From a virus (Duplodnaviria; Caudoviricetes), in IMG/VR virus record IMGVR_UViG_3300020045_005078, positions 1-37,436 of that record: a stretch of DNA of 37,436 nucleotides; one strand, 5' to 3'. How positions within the stretch are numbered: the first letter of the stretch is position 1; the number at the start of each line of letters is the position of its first letter. Positions 9,046-17,653 of this stretch are shown in pieces. A program made the translations under genes and the position numbers. Below the pieces are notes generated by a model. It was not told where the DNA came from. It did not search any database and saw only the letters and a program-made list of their open reading frames with translations.

Positions 9046-10377
9046 TTAGCGCCAAGGGGAGGCGCATGGGATTACGTCAATAGCCTGCGGCCCTGCTTCT
9101 ACTTGGTGCGAAAGCATGGCTTCCGTCAATCCCCACACAGCCGCGTCAACGTTGTTAGGTGAACCTTCACCAGCATAACCGCTCATGGTCATAAGCGTCA
9201 TTTGATCCTCTAACTCAGTGAGGCCCTTAACGTGCGAAACGCGCCCTTGCTCATACAGTGCTGCGACAGGCTCAGCGCGGGCAGTCTTGCCACGGCTTGC
9301 GGTAACTTCCTTGTATGCAACCTTCGCATCAGCAGTCCGAATAACGCTCTTGACCATCGCGCCGCCAAAGTTGCGCTCTGCTACCAGCCGATCAGCGCCC
9401 CAACGATGGTAGGCCTCACAAGCGCGCCTTGCCCATCCATCAGGCGATAGCTTGCACGTAAGATCCTCTAGGACATACCCCCGGCCATCAACGCCCCTAC
9501 CAACCACCACAATGCCCACTGCATCGCCATCATCACTAGAGCCATCAGTGCCAGATGGATCAACAGCCACCACAACCCGCGCCATATCAGGAAGCTTTGT
9601 GCAAACCGCCGCTTCCAGCATCGCCCGCGTCCACAATGCACCAGGAACATCGTCTAGTATCTCGCCATCAAGTTCCTGCCTGCCCAATCGCGTGCCTGCG
9701 TATTTATCCATCACAGTCTTGATGAACGCTTGCGCTAGGTTGTCGCGGTTATCCATTGTTGAACCGCGTGTGATGACTGTTGACGGATTAGCCATAATCT
9801 CACGCAAGACAGGGATGGGGCGCGGCGTTGTGGTAGCGAGAACGCGTGGATCATCACCACTGCGCATGGTAAATTGCAGCATATCCCAAGATTCTCGGGC
9901 GTAGCGATACTTGGCTAATTCGTCCACCCAAGCCGTATCAAACTCAGGGCCGCGCAACTGGTCAGGCTCTGTGCCGTTATATCCCAGCGCCTCAGCACCA
10001 TTAGGCCAGACGAGGCGAACCGGCTTATATCGAACCTTAGGCATCATGTCAGGCGGGCTAATCTTGAGAAGCCGCGCCACCATAACCTCTTCAAGATCCT
10101 TTTGCGTCTCTGCGATTAGGGCGATGGATCTAGCGCCATTCTCCACACGCTCCCTGATCCATTGCGCGCCTGCCTCTGTCTTACCAAAGCCGCGACCAGC
10201 TAGAATTAGCCAAGTCCGCCAATCACCTTCGGGTGCAAGCTGGTTAGGGCGCGCCCAGAAGGGCCAATGCCATCGAAGCTGGGCCTTTACCGCATCTGGC
10301 AGGGCATTAAGCTTCGCCTGCCTCTCGCGCTCTGGAAGCAAGGCCAATAACTGCGCTGGTGAAAGCTGTTGCGTCAC
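9046..10377 (-). CDS. terL: Terminase large subunit
   Basis: Walker A LILAGRGFGKT, Walker B AWVDE, nuclease VAVDPS and ERNFGG. Confidence 0.95.
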   Translation of the reverse strand: MTQQLSPAQLLALLPERERQAKLNALPDAVKAQLRWHWPFWARPNQLAPEGDWRTWLILAGRGFGKTEAGAQWIRERVENGARSIALIAETQKDLEEVMVARLLKISPPDMMPKVRYKPVRLVWPNGAEALGYNGTEPDQLRGPEFDTAWVDELAKYRYARESWDMLQFTMRSGDDPRVLATTTPRPIPVLREIMANPSTVITRGSTMDNRDNLAQAFIKTVMDKYAGTRLGRQELDGEILDDVPGALWTRAMLEAAVCTKLPDMARVVVAVDPSGTDGSSDDGDAVGIVVVGRGVDGRGYVLEDLTCKLSPDGWARRACEAYHRWGADRLVAERNFGGAMVKSVIRTADAKVAYKEVTASRGKTARAEPVAALYEQGRVSHVKGLTELEDQMTLMTMSGYAGEGSPNNVDAAVWGLTEAMLSHQVEAGPQAIDVIPCASPWR

Positions 10378-10696
10378 TCTTCACTTGCTCCATCTTGATC
10401 GCATCACCATTCTTACCAGTGTGCTCAACTTGCTGGGGCAACACTTTGCCAAGCAACGTCATGTAAGCAACCGGCTGATCATCAGCCATCTTCGCCAGCC
10501 AATTAGCGCCGCCGATCTGCGCAAATGAAATTTCCACCGCTTCACGAATTGTCTTTGTCAGCTTATTGACAGCGCCTTTAGGGCGACCCTTGCCAGCGGC
10601 AGGAGGCTTGCGCTTTGTAGTAACTGGCACTTCTTTAGTGCCCTTTGCGTCCGCCTTGGTGGTTTTAAATTCACCCATCAAACCCAACCTCTTCAT
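10307..10696 (-). CDS. terS: Terminase small subunit (start may be ATG 10678)
   Basis: AGKGRPKGAVNKLT and VEHTGKNGDAI motifs; directly upstream of terL. Confidence 0.8.
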   Translation of the reverse strand: MKRLGLMGEFKTTKADAKGTKEVPVTTKRKPPAAGKGRPKGAVNKLTKTIREAVEISFAQIGGANWLAKMADDQPVAYMTLLGKVLPQQVEHTGKNGDAIKMEQVKSDATAFTSAVIGLASRAREAGEA

Positions 10697-10925
10697 GCTC
10701 CCAGATGCGCAGCGTGTTGCGGTTGATCCGCGTGTGCGGAATGACAGTTACCACAGACTGCCCTTGGATGATGATCCTTTGCCCGCCATGCAGCTTTACC
10801 ACCTTTGCGCCAAAGCTAATTGCCGCCTTCACCGCATCGCAGGATAGCGCCTCCATAGCTTCGAGAACGGGAACGTCCGCGACCCGCTCTTGGTAGCGCT
10901 GCACTGCATGGGCGGTGATTAGCAT
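10671..10925 (-). CDS. Hypothetical protein (ITxHAxxRYxER type), probably leaderless
   Basis: MLITAHAVQRYQERV; the ATG lies 7 nt after a -10 element. Confidence 0.7.
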   Translation of the reverse strand: MLITAHAVQRYQERVADVPVLEAMEALSCDAVKAAISFGAKVVKLHGGQRIIIQGQSVVTVIPHTRINRNTLRIWEHEEVGFDG

Positions 10926-10931
10926 GGGGGC

Positions 10932-10960
10932 AATCTAGCATTGTGAGAGGGGGTTGGCAA
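10932..10960 (-). promoter_or_regulatory. Sigma70-like promoter for the terminase operon
   Basis: TTGCCA-N17-TAGATT with a TGn extension. Confidence 0.55.
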
Positions 10961-10961
10961 G

Positions 10962-11123
10962 TTACAGGCCCTTTTCAAATTCAATGTATCTCTTGGCTAG
11001 TATGCGGTTCGCTCCATTGTATTTCCCTGCCTGCCAATTGTCCCGCAATGCCTGCATTGGCAACTTGGCTAGATGCAAATCAATTAGCAGCGCGGTCAAG
11101 CCCCCTTCACGTTGCATCTTCAT
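10962..11123 (-). CDS. Hypothetical protein (53 aa)
   Basis: Hand translation MKMQREGGLTALLIDLH..YIEFEKGL; fills the gap after the primase. Confidence 0.55.
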   Translation of the reverse strand: MKMQREGGLTALLIDLHLAKLPMQALRDNWQAGKYNGANRILAKRYIEFEKGL

Positions 11124-12015
11124 CAGCCCAATCCAATCCTACTTGCTTTGGAATATACACTTCCGTCAAAATCTTATGACGCGCTGCCAGCTTGTGAGCG
11201 AGGGCATAAGCCGCCGCTTGACCTCCGAACAACGGATCACAATCCCCGAATACTGCCACCCGCTTAACACCTTCAGGCGGCATCCATTTTGCCAGCAAGG
11301 TTGCATTTATTGCAGCCCATACCGGCATTTGAAAACGCTTTGAGGCTGCAATAGCTGTCTCTATGCCCTCGGCTATACCCAAACAATCCCCTTGGACTTC
11401 AAACAACCTAACCGCGCAGCCTTCCGGCAACTCGCCTTGCATCATGGCCCGCTTGCGCTTCTGGCCTTGGGCTAATGGCTCAATAAACGTCCGATGGATA
11501 TTCAGAGGCTTTCCATCAAACGCGGTAACAAGCGCCAGCATGGCCTCCCCATACCCATCTCCAAAGGGCTTTGGACAATCAGGGTGAAAACGCAGGCAGG
11601 ACGCCCTGTGAGCGACTTTACGGCCCTCTAGGTATCTGGACGCCGGATCAGTGCCTGTAAGCGCTCTAGACCCCTTCCAGAGAGAAACTAGGCGGGCTTT
11701 GCGCGTCTCTTCGCTGTCAATCTGCTTAGCTGGCTCAGGAGATACACCTCCGACGATTGCGTCGATCTCCTGCGCAGCCTTGCGAAAGTCCCAGCCCTTA
11801 AACCTTTTTAGCAGTTCAAAACCATCGCCATGACCGCATTGCGAACAGAAAAACGTCCCGCTGCCTTTGTCGTTATCCCATCGATAGCGATCAGTCCCGC
11901 CGCAAAATAGGCAAGGGCCGTGCTTGGCCGCTAGAAACTTCTCGTCAACTCCGCATGTCAAAAGAATGCCGCGCCATTTACCCCGCGCTTTATCTGCCGT
12001 TTTCATTTCGCGCAC
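11107..12015 (-). CDS. Zinc-ribbon + Toprim primase-like protein
   Basis: HGPCLFCGGTDR..CSQCG; IAEGIETA; FGDCD; DWAD. Confidence 0.9.
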   Translation of the reverse strand: MREMKTADKARGKWRGILLTCGVDEKFLAAKHGPCLFCGGTDRYRWDNDKGSGTFFCSQCGHGDGFELLKRFKGWDFRKAAQEIDAIVGGVSPEPAKQIDSEETRKARLVSLWKGSRALTGTDPASRYLEGRKVAHRASCLRFHPDCPKPFGDGYGEAMLALVTAFDGKPLNIHRTFIEPLAQGQKRKRAMMQGELPEGCAVRLFEVQGDCLGIAEGIETAIAASKRFQMPVWAAINATLLAKWMPPEGVKRVAVFGDCDPLFGGQAAAYALAHKLAARHKILTEVYIPKQVGLDWADEDAT

Positions 12016-13499
12016 CCTCCGCCCTTAGACTTGGCGAAGGCAATGCGCCGCGATGTTTCGTAGGACGTAAACGCCGCATCAGGTGGAATTATCTTATCCT
12101 GCAACCCTTGAGGCCAAACTCCAAACTTTCCCTTGTAAAGCGCTTTGCGCAGCCTGCCACCCTTGCCGCGCTCCCGATCTACCCAACCAGCCATTGACCA
12201 GAACGCTTGCTTCTCAGCCATAGTCGGCTTGGACTTTTTGCCGCCCTTGATCTCAATTAACTCCCCCTCTTCCGTTTCGATATCGCTTTGGCGTGTAGGA
12301 GTGAAACCACAAACAGGGCATTCCCGAACCTTTGGGGCCTTAAGCGTCCCGCAGGCTTGGCACTCCTTAGGCATTGCCTCCCCAAGTTCCTTGCGCGTCT
12401 TAGGCGCTTTATCCGAACCCGATAGCAGCTTTTCATGGGAAATATCCGTTACAAACCCAAGCCTCAAATGATTGTCCGCGTGATCCAAAATCAATGCGTC
12501 AACCTTGCCTTTAGCCGTGCGCAATGCCCTGCCGATGATTTGAACGTGCAACATCTCAGACTTGGTTGGCCGCGCCAGCACAATGCACCTAACGTCCGCA
12601 TCAACACCCGTGGTTAACGTGCCGATGTTGACAATACCCGCCAACTCGCCGCGCCCCATACGGGCAAACAACAGCTTGCGCTCGATCAGGTCAACATTGG
12701 CATCGCAATAGCCCATCGGCACACCAGCCGCCAGAAACTCGGCTTGGATCTTTGCAGCATGGGCGCGATCTACCGCAAAAACCAATGTAGGACGCCAATC
12801 AGCGCGCTTTAGCCAAGTCTGCACAATGTCCGCAATCAGCTTTTTCTCGCTCATTACGTCCGATAAATCAGCCTCATTGTAATCGCCCGCCGTAGTGCGA
12901 ACGCCGGTCAAATCGGGATGGGTTGGGGCATAGACGCGAAAAGGGGATAGAAACCCTTGGTCAATCAACTCTTGCATGGTGACAGGGGAAACCAAATCTT
13001 GCCAATCGTTAGCCATCCCTCGCGCCCAAGGCGTAGCAGATAGCCCGATGAACATCACGTTAGGCCGCTTGCGCATCCATTCCGAAATGACCTTAAACCG
13101 CAAATGGCATTCATCGACCAAAACAACATCAACATCAGGGCAGCCGCGATGGGCCAAGGTCTGCACAGAGCAAACCTGAATAGGCTGCGAAAGATCTGTT
13201 AGCGCATGGCTGGCCTGCATAACCCCTATTTCCTCAATCCCCTCCAGCCGGAACGATTCAATCGTTTGATCCACTAGCGAGATAGCTGGCACAGTAAACG
13301 CAACAGTCTTGCCCTTAGCCCTTGCGCGGTTGACGATCTCAGCCGCAAACCGCGTCTTGCCAGCGCCGGTAGGCATCTGGACAACTACCCGCCTATGCCC
13401 AGCCACGAATGACCTTGTGAGCATGGTGTATCCAGTCGCCTGATGTGGGCGAAGTGGGCGCGCTGTCGAATTTGTCTCGAACATCGGAAGCGTTGCCAT
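12003..13499 (-). CDS. SF2 DExH helicase with C-terminal zinc ribbon
   Basis: MPTGAGKT, DECH, SATP, QIIGRALR; CQAC/CPVC. Confidence 0.93.
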   Translation of the reverse strand: MATLPMFETNSTARPLRPHQATGYTMLTRSFVAGHRRVVVQMPTGAGKTRFAAEIVNRARAKGKTVAFTVPAISLVDQTIESFRLEGIEEIGVMQASHALTDLSQPIQVCSVQTLAHRGCPDVDVVLVDECHLRFKVISEWMRKRPNVMFIGLSATPWARGMANDWQDLVSPVTMQELIDQGFLSPFRVYAPTHPDLTGVRTTAGDYNEADLSDVMSEKKLIADIVQTWLKRADWRPTLVFAVDRAHAAKIQAEFLAAGVPMGYCDANVDLIERKLLFARMGRGELAGIVNIGTLTTGVDADVRCIVLARPTKSEMLHVQIIGRALRTAKGKVDALILDHADNHLRLGFVTDISHEKLLSGSDKAPKTRKELGEAMPKECQACGTLKAPKVRECPVCGFTPTRQSDIETEEGELIEIKGGKKSKPTMAEKQAFWSMAGWVDRERGKGGRLRKALYKGKFGVWPQGLQDKIIPPDAAFTSYETSRRIAFAKSKGGGCAK

Positions 13500-14083
13500 T
13501 ATTTGCCTCCCTCAATCACCGAGAACGGATTTTCCTCAAGCCGATCCCCTTCCCCCTTACTTAAAACACTTTCTCCCTGGTAAGGGTTAAGGACACCTCC
13601 ACCTCCACCTCCACCTCCACCTAGGTGCATACCATGTGCATTGCATTTGCTATCCACTTGCAATGCATTTGCATGCTGCGAAGCCGACCAACGTGCCGCC
13701 GCTGCAACCTTCCTTTTTAGGCTTTTTTCACGCACATAGAGCCACTCTTTGACTAACCGCTTCTGGAAAATGCGGCCATCTTGGCGCGTCCATTTTTCCA
13801 ATACTGGAGCTGCAATTTTGCGAAATTTTGCTACAGTCATGCCGCAAAACTGCGCTAATTGCTTGTCGTCATCGGGCAACGTGCAATCATTTGCATTCCA
13901 CGCTTCAAACATCAGCATGAAAAATAGGCCATGCTGCTCAAGCGTCAGCCGGTAATTGTCGCGCAGATATGCATCGGGGAAAATGGGGATATGACTAGGC
14001 TTTTTCTTTAGCCATTCGTCCCCTGATGTTTCACCAAGTTGCGGGTTGCACTTGGCGTAATTATCCTGTAAATCACTAGTCAT
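13499..14083 (-). CDS. DUF1376 (YdaU)-like replication initiator
   Basis: FPDAYLRD..LTLEQHG..LPDDDKQLA..FQKRL; upstream of the helicase. Confidence 0.82.
   Translation of the reverse strand: MTSDLQDNYAKCNPQLGETSGDEWLKKKPSHIPIFPDAYLRDNYRLTLEQHGLFFMLMFEAWNANDCTLPDDDKQLAQFCGMTVAKFRKIAAPVLEKWTRQDGRIFQKRLVKEWLYVREKSLKRKVAAAARWSASQHANALQVDSKCNAHGMHLGGGGGGGGGVLNPYQGESVLSKGEGDRLEENPFSVIEGGK
13594..13622. repeat. Hexamer tandem repeat (CACCTC)x4.8 encoding poly-Gly
   Basis: Directly visible; reads GGAGGT repeats on the coding strand. Confidence 0.9.
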
Positions 14084-14159
14084 TCGATTGGCCCTCCTGC
14101 GGCCGATAGATAGGGCGAGAGTTTGAGCGCCGTTGCCATGTCGCTCTCCTCGCCCGCCC

Positions 14160-14188
14160 TTACTACCTTAATCGCAATCAGGATGCAA
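14160..14188 (-). promoter_or_regulatory. Sigma70-like promoter for the replication genes
   Basis: TTGCAT-N17-TAGTAA followed by a structured leader. Confidence 0.5.
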
Positions 14189-14320
14189 CGCCGCCTTGAC
14201 GTTATTCCAGTATCGCTCTTTGCGGGCGCGTGTGAATTGCGCCAGCCGCCGTTCGCGATATTCTGGATCTGGTCGCATAGTCCGCTCTAGGGCTTTTCTG
14301 GCAAAGTATCGCTTGAACAT
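14168..14320 (-). CDS. Hypothetical basic protein (50 aa)
   Basis: Hand translation MFKRYFARKALERTMRPDPEYRERRLAQF..; GGAG upstream. Confidence 0.55.
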   Translation of the reverse strand: MFKRYFARKALERTMRPDPEYRERRLAQFTRARKERYWNNVKAALHPDCD

Positions 14321-14646
14321 ATCTCCACCTCCACACGGCCCGCCTTTTCGTTTGGGGCAAATTCAAAACTTGGCAGGAAACGCCGATCATTGACGTTTAG
14401 CGCCTCGGCTATCCCATCGATGTAGGGTTTAAGTCTATTGGGGTAGTTCGTCCTATCTCCCCGATTGTCAGGCGCGATAAAGCGAAAATGAATGCGTATA
14501 TCACCCTCGCCAGCAACCTTGATTTTAGCCGCCTTGGTCGCGTGAAAGGCCCATGCGCGATGCGTTGCCACAATGCGCGCCTTATTGCGCCAATGCCCGT
14601 TGTTATGGCCTGATAGGCTCGAAGGCGGAAAGGGTAGGACGATCAT
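14287..14646 (-). CDS. RusA-like Holliday junction resolvase
   Basis: LPFPPS start; DRTNYPNRLKPYIDGI..NDRRF; GRVEVEI. Confidence 0.75.
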   Translation of the reverse strand: MIVLPFPPSSLSGHNNGHWRNKARIVATHRAWAFHATKAAKIKVAGEGDIRIHFRFIAPDNRGDRTNYPNRLKPYIDGIAEALNVNDRRFLPSFEFAPNEKAGRVEVEICSSDTLPEKP

Positions 14647-14813
14647 TCAGACAAACCCAAATAATCCGCCAGCACTTTGAGCGTGGCAGTATGCGGCTTT
14701 TTCGTCCGGCCAAAGTGGATCTTTTCCAGAGTCCGAACCTTGATGCCAGTGCGATCTGCAACCACGTTAAGCCGCCGATCTGCTAGAGCGGTTCGCACCT
14801 TATCAACGTCCAT
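14643..14813 (-). CDS. Cro-like HTH protein (56 aa)
   Basis: MDVDKVRTALADRRLNVVADRTGIKVRTL..PHTATLKVLADYL; first gene of a divergent operon. Confidence 0.75.
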   Translation of the reverse strand: MDVDKVRTALADRRLNVVADRTGIKVRTLEKIHFGRTKKPHTATLKVLADYLGLSE

Positions 14814-14898
14814 AATAATTTCCCTTATGTTGTTTTGACGTTGACAGCGTAACGCAATTTGGATTAGGTTGCAAGCATTGGCAACGGAGAATTTGCAC
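14814..14898. promoter_or_regulatory. Divergent overlapping promoter region
   Basis: Plus strand TTGACA (14841)..TAGGTT; minus strand TTGCAA-N17-TACGCT; GCGTAACGC dyad. Confidence 0.55.
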
Positions 14899-15603
14899 AT
14901 GACCGAAACACCAAAATCATTTTCCAATGCGTTTTCCGCTTTGGTGGCGGCGCAAGAAATTATGGAGCCGCTCTATAAGGGTGCGATTAATCCGGCATTC
15001 AAAGGCGAGGGGAAGCCCAAGGGAACTTCATACGCTGATTTTGCGGATGTTTGCGCGACTGTTCGTGAGCCTTTTGCGCAATGCCAATTGGCGCATTATT
15101 CCCACATGATCAGGCATGAGGCTGGTATGGATTGGCGCACTGTTGTCGTTCATGGCCCATCGGGAACGGAAATCCATTGCGATGTCCCGCTAATCGTGGA
15201 TCGCAATAATATGCAGGGCTTCAAATCGGCAGTAACCTACGCCAAGCGGATTGGCCTTGAAAGCCTTGCTGGCCTTGCGCCAGAGGATGACGATGGCAAC
15301 GCAGCCGCTAGCGCGCCACCAGCAAAGCAAGGGGCCACCAAGCAAGAGCCTGCCGCTATGCCCGATGCACAATGGGCTAAGCTAGTGCAACTCGTGGAAG
15401 CCACCGATTCTGACACTAACGCCATGTGCAAGCATTACGGCATCCGCAATTTGCGCGAATTGAGCGCTGATGGCTATGGTAAGGCCGTGGAAGCGCTGGA
15501 AAAGAAGCTGGCCAAAATGGCGAAGGAAGAGACCGCGCAAAAGGCCAATGGCTTTGGCGATGTGTTGGGCGATGAAATTCCAGAGTTTGGGGGTGCAGCA
15601 TGA
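14899..15603 (+). CDS. ERF-family ssDNA annealing protein
   Basis: NPAFK..YAD, QGFKSAVTYAKR, APEDDDGNAA; GGAG SD. Confidence 0.88.
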   Translation: MTETPKSFSNAFSALVAAQEIMEPLYKGAINPAFKGEGKPKGTSYADFADVCATVREPFAQCQLAHYSHMIRHEAGMDWRTVVVHGPSGTEIHCDVPLIVDRNNMQGFKSAVTYAKRIGLESLAGLAPEDDDGNAAASAPPAKQGATKQEPAAMPDAQWAKLVQLVEATDSDTNAMCKHYGIRNLRELSADGYGKAVEALEKKLAKMAKEETAQKANGFGDVLGDEIPEFGGAA

Positions 15604-16283
15604 CAGAAACTGTCACCCTTGGGCATAACAATCCCCCCGCCGATGTGACATTTAGCCTTCACGTCGACGACCTATTCACCACCCTTTCCAATACGCTGGC
15701 AGGGGGAGAAGTTATCACCGATGAACAAGAGGCGGCTATCGACGCAATCCTTGATGACTTCCGCAAGGCTAAGGGTGACAGCGACAAATTGCGCGCAGAC
15801 GAGAAAAAGCCATTTGATGATGCATCCAAAGCGGTGCAAGCCAAATGGAAGCCGATCATGGATAAGGCGGATCGAGGCGCAGCAGCCTGCAAGGAAGTGT
15901 TGACGCCCTATCGCACGGCTAAACAGCGCGCAGTTGAGGAAGCCGCCCGCATTGCCCGAGAGGAAGCCGCTGCGAAGGCTAAGGCGGCACAGGACGCCTT
16001 GCGCGCAGCCGATGACCTCGAAGCCAAGTTTGCGGCTGAGGAAGCCCTTAAACAGGCTGAGAAGCAATCCAAGGCCGCAAGCAAGATCGAACGCGCTCCC
16101 ACGGGGCTTAGGACTTACTGGACAGCCGAGGTAACGGATCGCAAGGCAGCGCTCCTGCATTACATTGCGCGCAATCCAGAAGCGTTTGCGGCTCTTATCC
16201 AGAACCTTGCCGATCAGGATGCGCGAGGCACCCGCCCACCTGTCCCCGGCGTTACATTTACTGAAAATAAGGAGGCTCGGTAA
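15600..16283 (+). CDS. Coiled-coil protein of the recombination module
   Basis: GHNNPP start, EKKPF, GLRTYW, PVPGV; coupled to ERF. Confidence 0.75.
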   Translation: MTETVTLGHNNPPADVTFSLHVDDLFTTLSNTLAGGEVITDEQEAAIDAILDDFRKAKGDSDKLRADEKKPFDDASKAVQAKWKPIMDKADRGAAACKEVLTPYRTAKQRAVEEAARIAREEAAAKAKAAQDALRAADDLEAKFAAEEALKQAEKQSKAASKIERAPTGLRTYWTAEVTDRKAALLHYIARNPEAFAALIQNLADQDARGTRPPVPGVTFTENKEAR

Positions 16284-16630
16284 TGCTTAATCAATTAGCC
16301 AATCAGTGCCACGAGGCGAACATGAAGTGGTGGCGGGATATTGAAACTGGAGAACTTATTGACCGAAACAAGGGCGAATTGCTTTGCCTTATTCATTCGG
16401 AAATTTCCGAAGCTATGGAAGGTGAGCGAAAAAACTTAATGGATGACAAGTTGCCACATCGCCGCATGGCAGAGGTTGAGCTTGTCGATGCTCTTATCCG
16501 TATTTTTGATTATGCCGCTGCATTTGGTTATGACTTGCAAGGCGCATTTGAAGAAAAAATGGCTTACAATGCGAGCCGTTACGATCATAGTAATGAGGCC
16601 CGCAAGGCCGTTAATGGAAAGAAATTCTAA
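16283..16630 (+). CDS. MazG-like nucleotide pyrophosphohydrolase
   Basis: LIHSEISEAMEG..EVELVDALIRIFD..EKMAYN. Confidence 0.85.
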   Translation: MLNQLANQCHEANMKWWRDIETGELIDRNKGELLCLIHSEISEAMEGERKNLMDDKLPHRRMAEVELVDALIRIFDYAAAFGYDLQGAFEEKMAYNASRYDHSNEARKAVNGKKF

Positions 16631-17043
16631 TGCAACAGATTGTCATTACCGGAAAGCTTGGCCGCGATGCCGAAACCCGCCAAGCTGGACAAGATAGCGT
16701 CACCAGCTTTTCTGTGGCCGTGGATGCCCGCAATGGGCGTGAAAAGATCACCAATTGGTGGCGGGTAAGCCTGTGGGGTAAGCGCGGGGAAGCCTTGGAG
16801 CAATACCTCACCAAAGGATCTGCCGTGACTGTATCGGGCGAATTTTCGCTTGGCGAATTTGACGGAAAGCCCCAGCTCAACATTCGCGCCAATGACGTTG
16901 CATTGCAGGGTGGGCGCGCAGAGGGTGGCCAGCCGCGCCAGCAAGGTGGCGGTTCCGATTGGGGGCAGCAAGCAAAGAGCGCTTTTCCTGATGCCGATGA
17001 TGTTGATGATTTCCCGTTCATTTCTAGCATGGGAGTTTTGTGA
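16630..17043 (+). CDS. ssb: Single-stranded DNA-binding protein
   Basis: GKLGRDAE, FSVAV, YLTKGSAVTVSGE, acidic DDFPF tail. Confidence 0.93.
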   Translation: MQQIVITGKLGRDAETRQAGQDSVTSFSVAVDARNGREKITNWWRVSLWGKRGEALEQYLTKGSAVTVSGEFSLGEFDGKPQLNIRANDVALQGGRAEGGQPRQQGGGSDWGQQAKSAFPDADDVDDFPFISSMGVL

Positions 17044-17306
17044 TGAATAACGAAACAGCTCTTAAAATTCTGGACATTCAGCTTCCAGAAAATGATGCGG
17101 ACGCCGCGACAGTCCGTGATTACCTCAAAGAATTGCTATCAACAGTTTTGATTGAAGAAGAAGAGTTTAGCGGTAAGCGCCCATTTGGCAATAGTGGTTG
17201 GATTTATGATCTAGTTGACCCTATTCATGAAGCTGGCTTTTGTAGCGAAAGGCCAAATCAAACCGAACTTATTGAGTTGTGGTCTGGTCTTGTGGGGGCG
17301 ATTTAA
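17040..17306 (+). CDS. Hypothetical phage protein
   Basis: Coupled ORF; FSGKRPFGNSGW motif; AT-richer than flanks. Confidence 0.7.
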   Translation: MMNNETALKILDIQLPENDADAATVRDYLKELLSTVLIEEEEFSGKRPFGNSGWIYDLVDPIHEAGFCSERPNQTELIELWSGLVGAI

Positions 17307-17653
17307 TGCTTCCCCCGCGCCTGGCAAAGAAGCCTAAGCGCGAAAGCCGGTGGCGTAGCGCTGCGCATTGCAATTTTGTCCGCTCACACGCTTGCAGCGT
17401 TTGCGGATCAACCGCAGGGATCGAGGTGGCGCACGTCCGCCTCGGTTCTGGCGCTGGCATGGGGCAAAAGCCTGATGACTGGCGAACAGTGAGCCTTTGC
17501 CATGAATGTCATTCCCGCCAGCATCGCCAAGGGGAAACCACATTCTGGAAGGCCTTTGCCGATCATACTGGCGCGGATGCAATCGACCTGATTGACGCAT
17601 TCTGCAAGGCCAGCCCTAAGGCTCAAGAAATAAGGGCTTTGCGCAATGAATGA
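17306..17653 (+). CDS. DUF968/HNH-like zinc-binding putative nuclease
   Basis: CSVCG..AHVR..KPDD..LCHECHSRQH. Confidence 0.75.
   Translation: MLPPRLAKKPKRESRWRSAAHCNFVRSHACSVCGSTAGIEVAHVRLGSGAGMGQKPDDWRTVSLCHECHSRQHRQGETTFWKAFADHTGADAIDLIDAFCKASPKAQEIRALRNE

Noticed and set aside
9140-9170. Terminase nuclease motif SPNNVDA as an inactivating change
   Set aside because: The final Asp and the VDPS Asp are retained; variation at this position is not enough to call inactivation.
4527-10678. Shared 14-mer TTAAATTCACCCAT (MGEFK) in the DUF6496-like gene and terS
   Set aside because: A single short match with no extension; chance is plausible.
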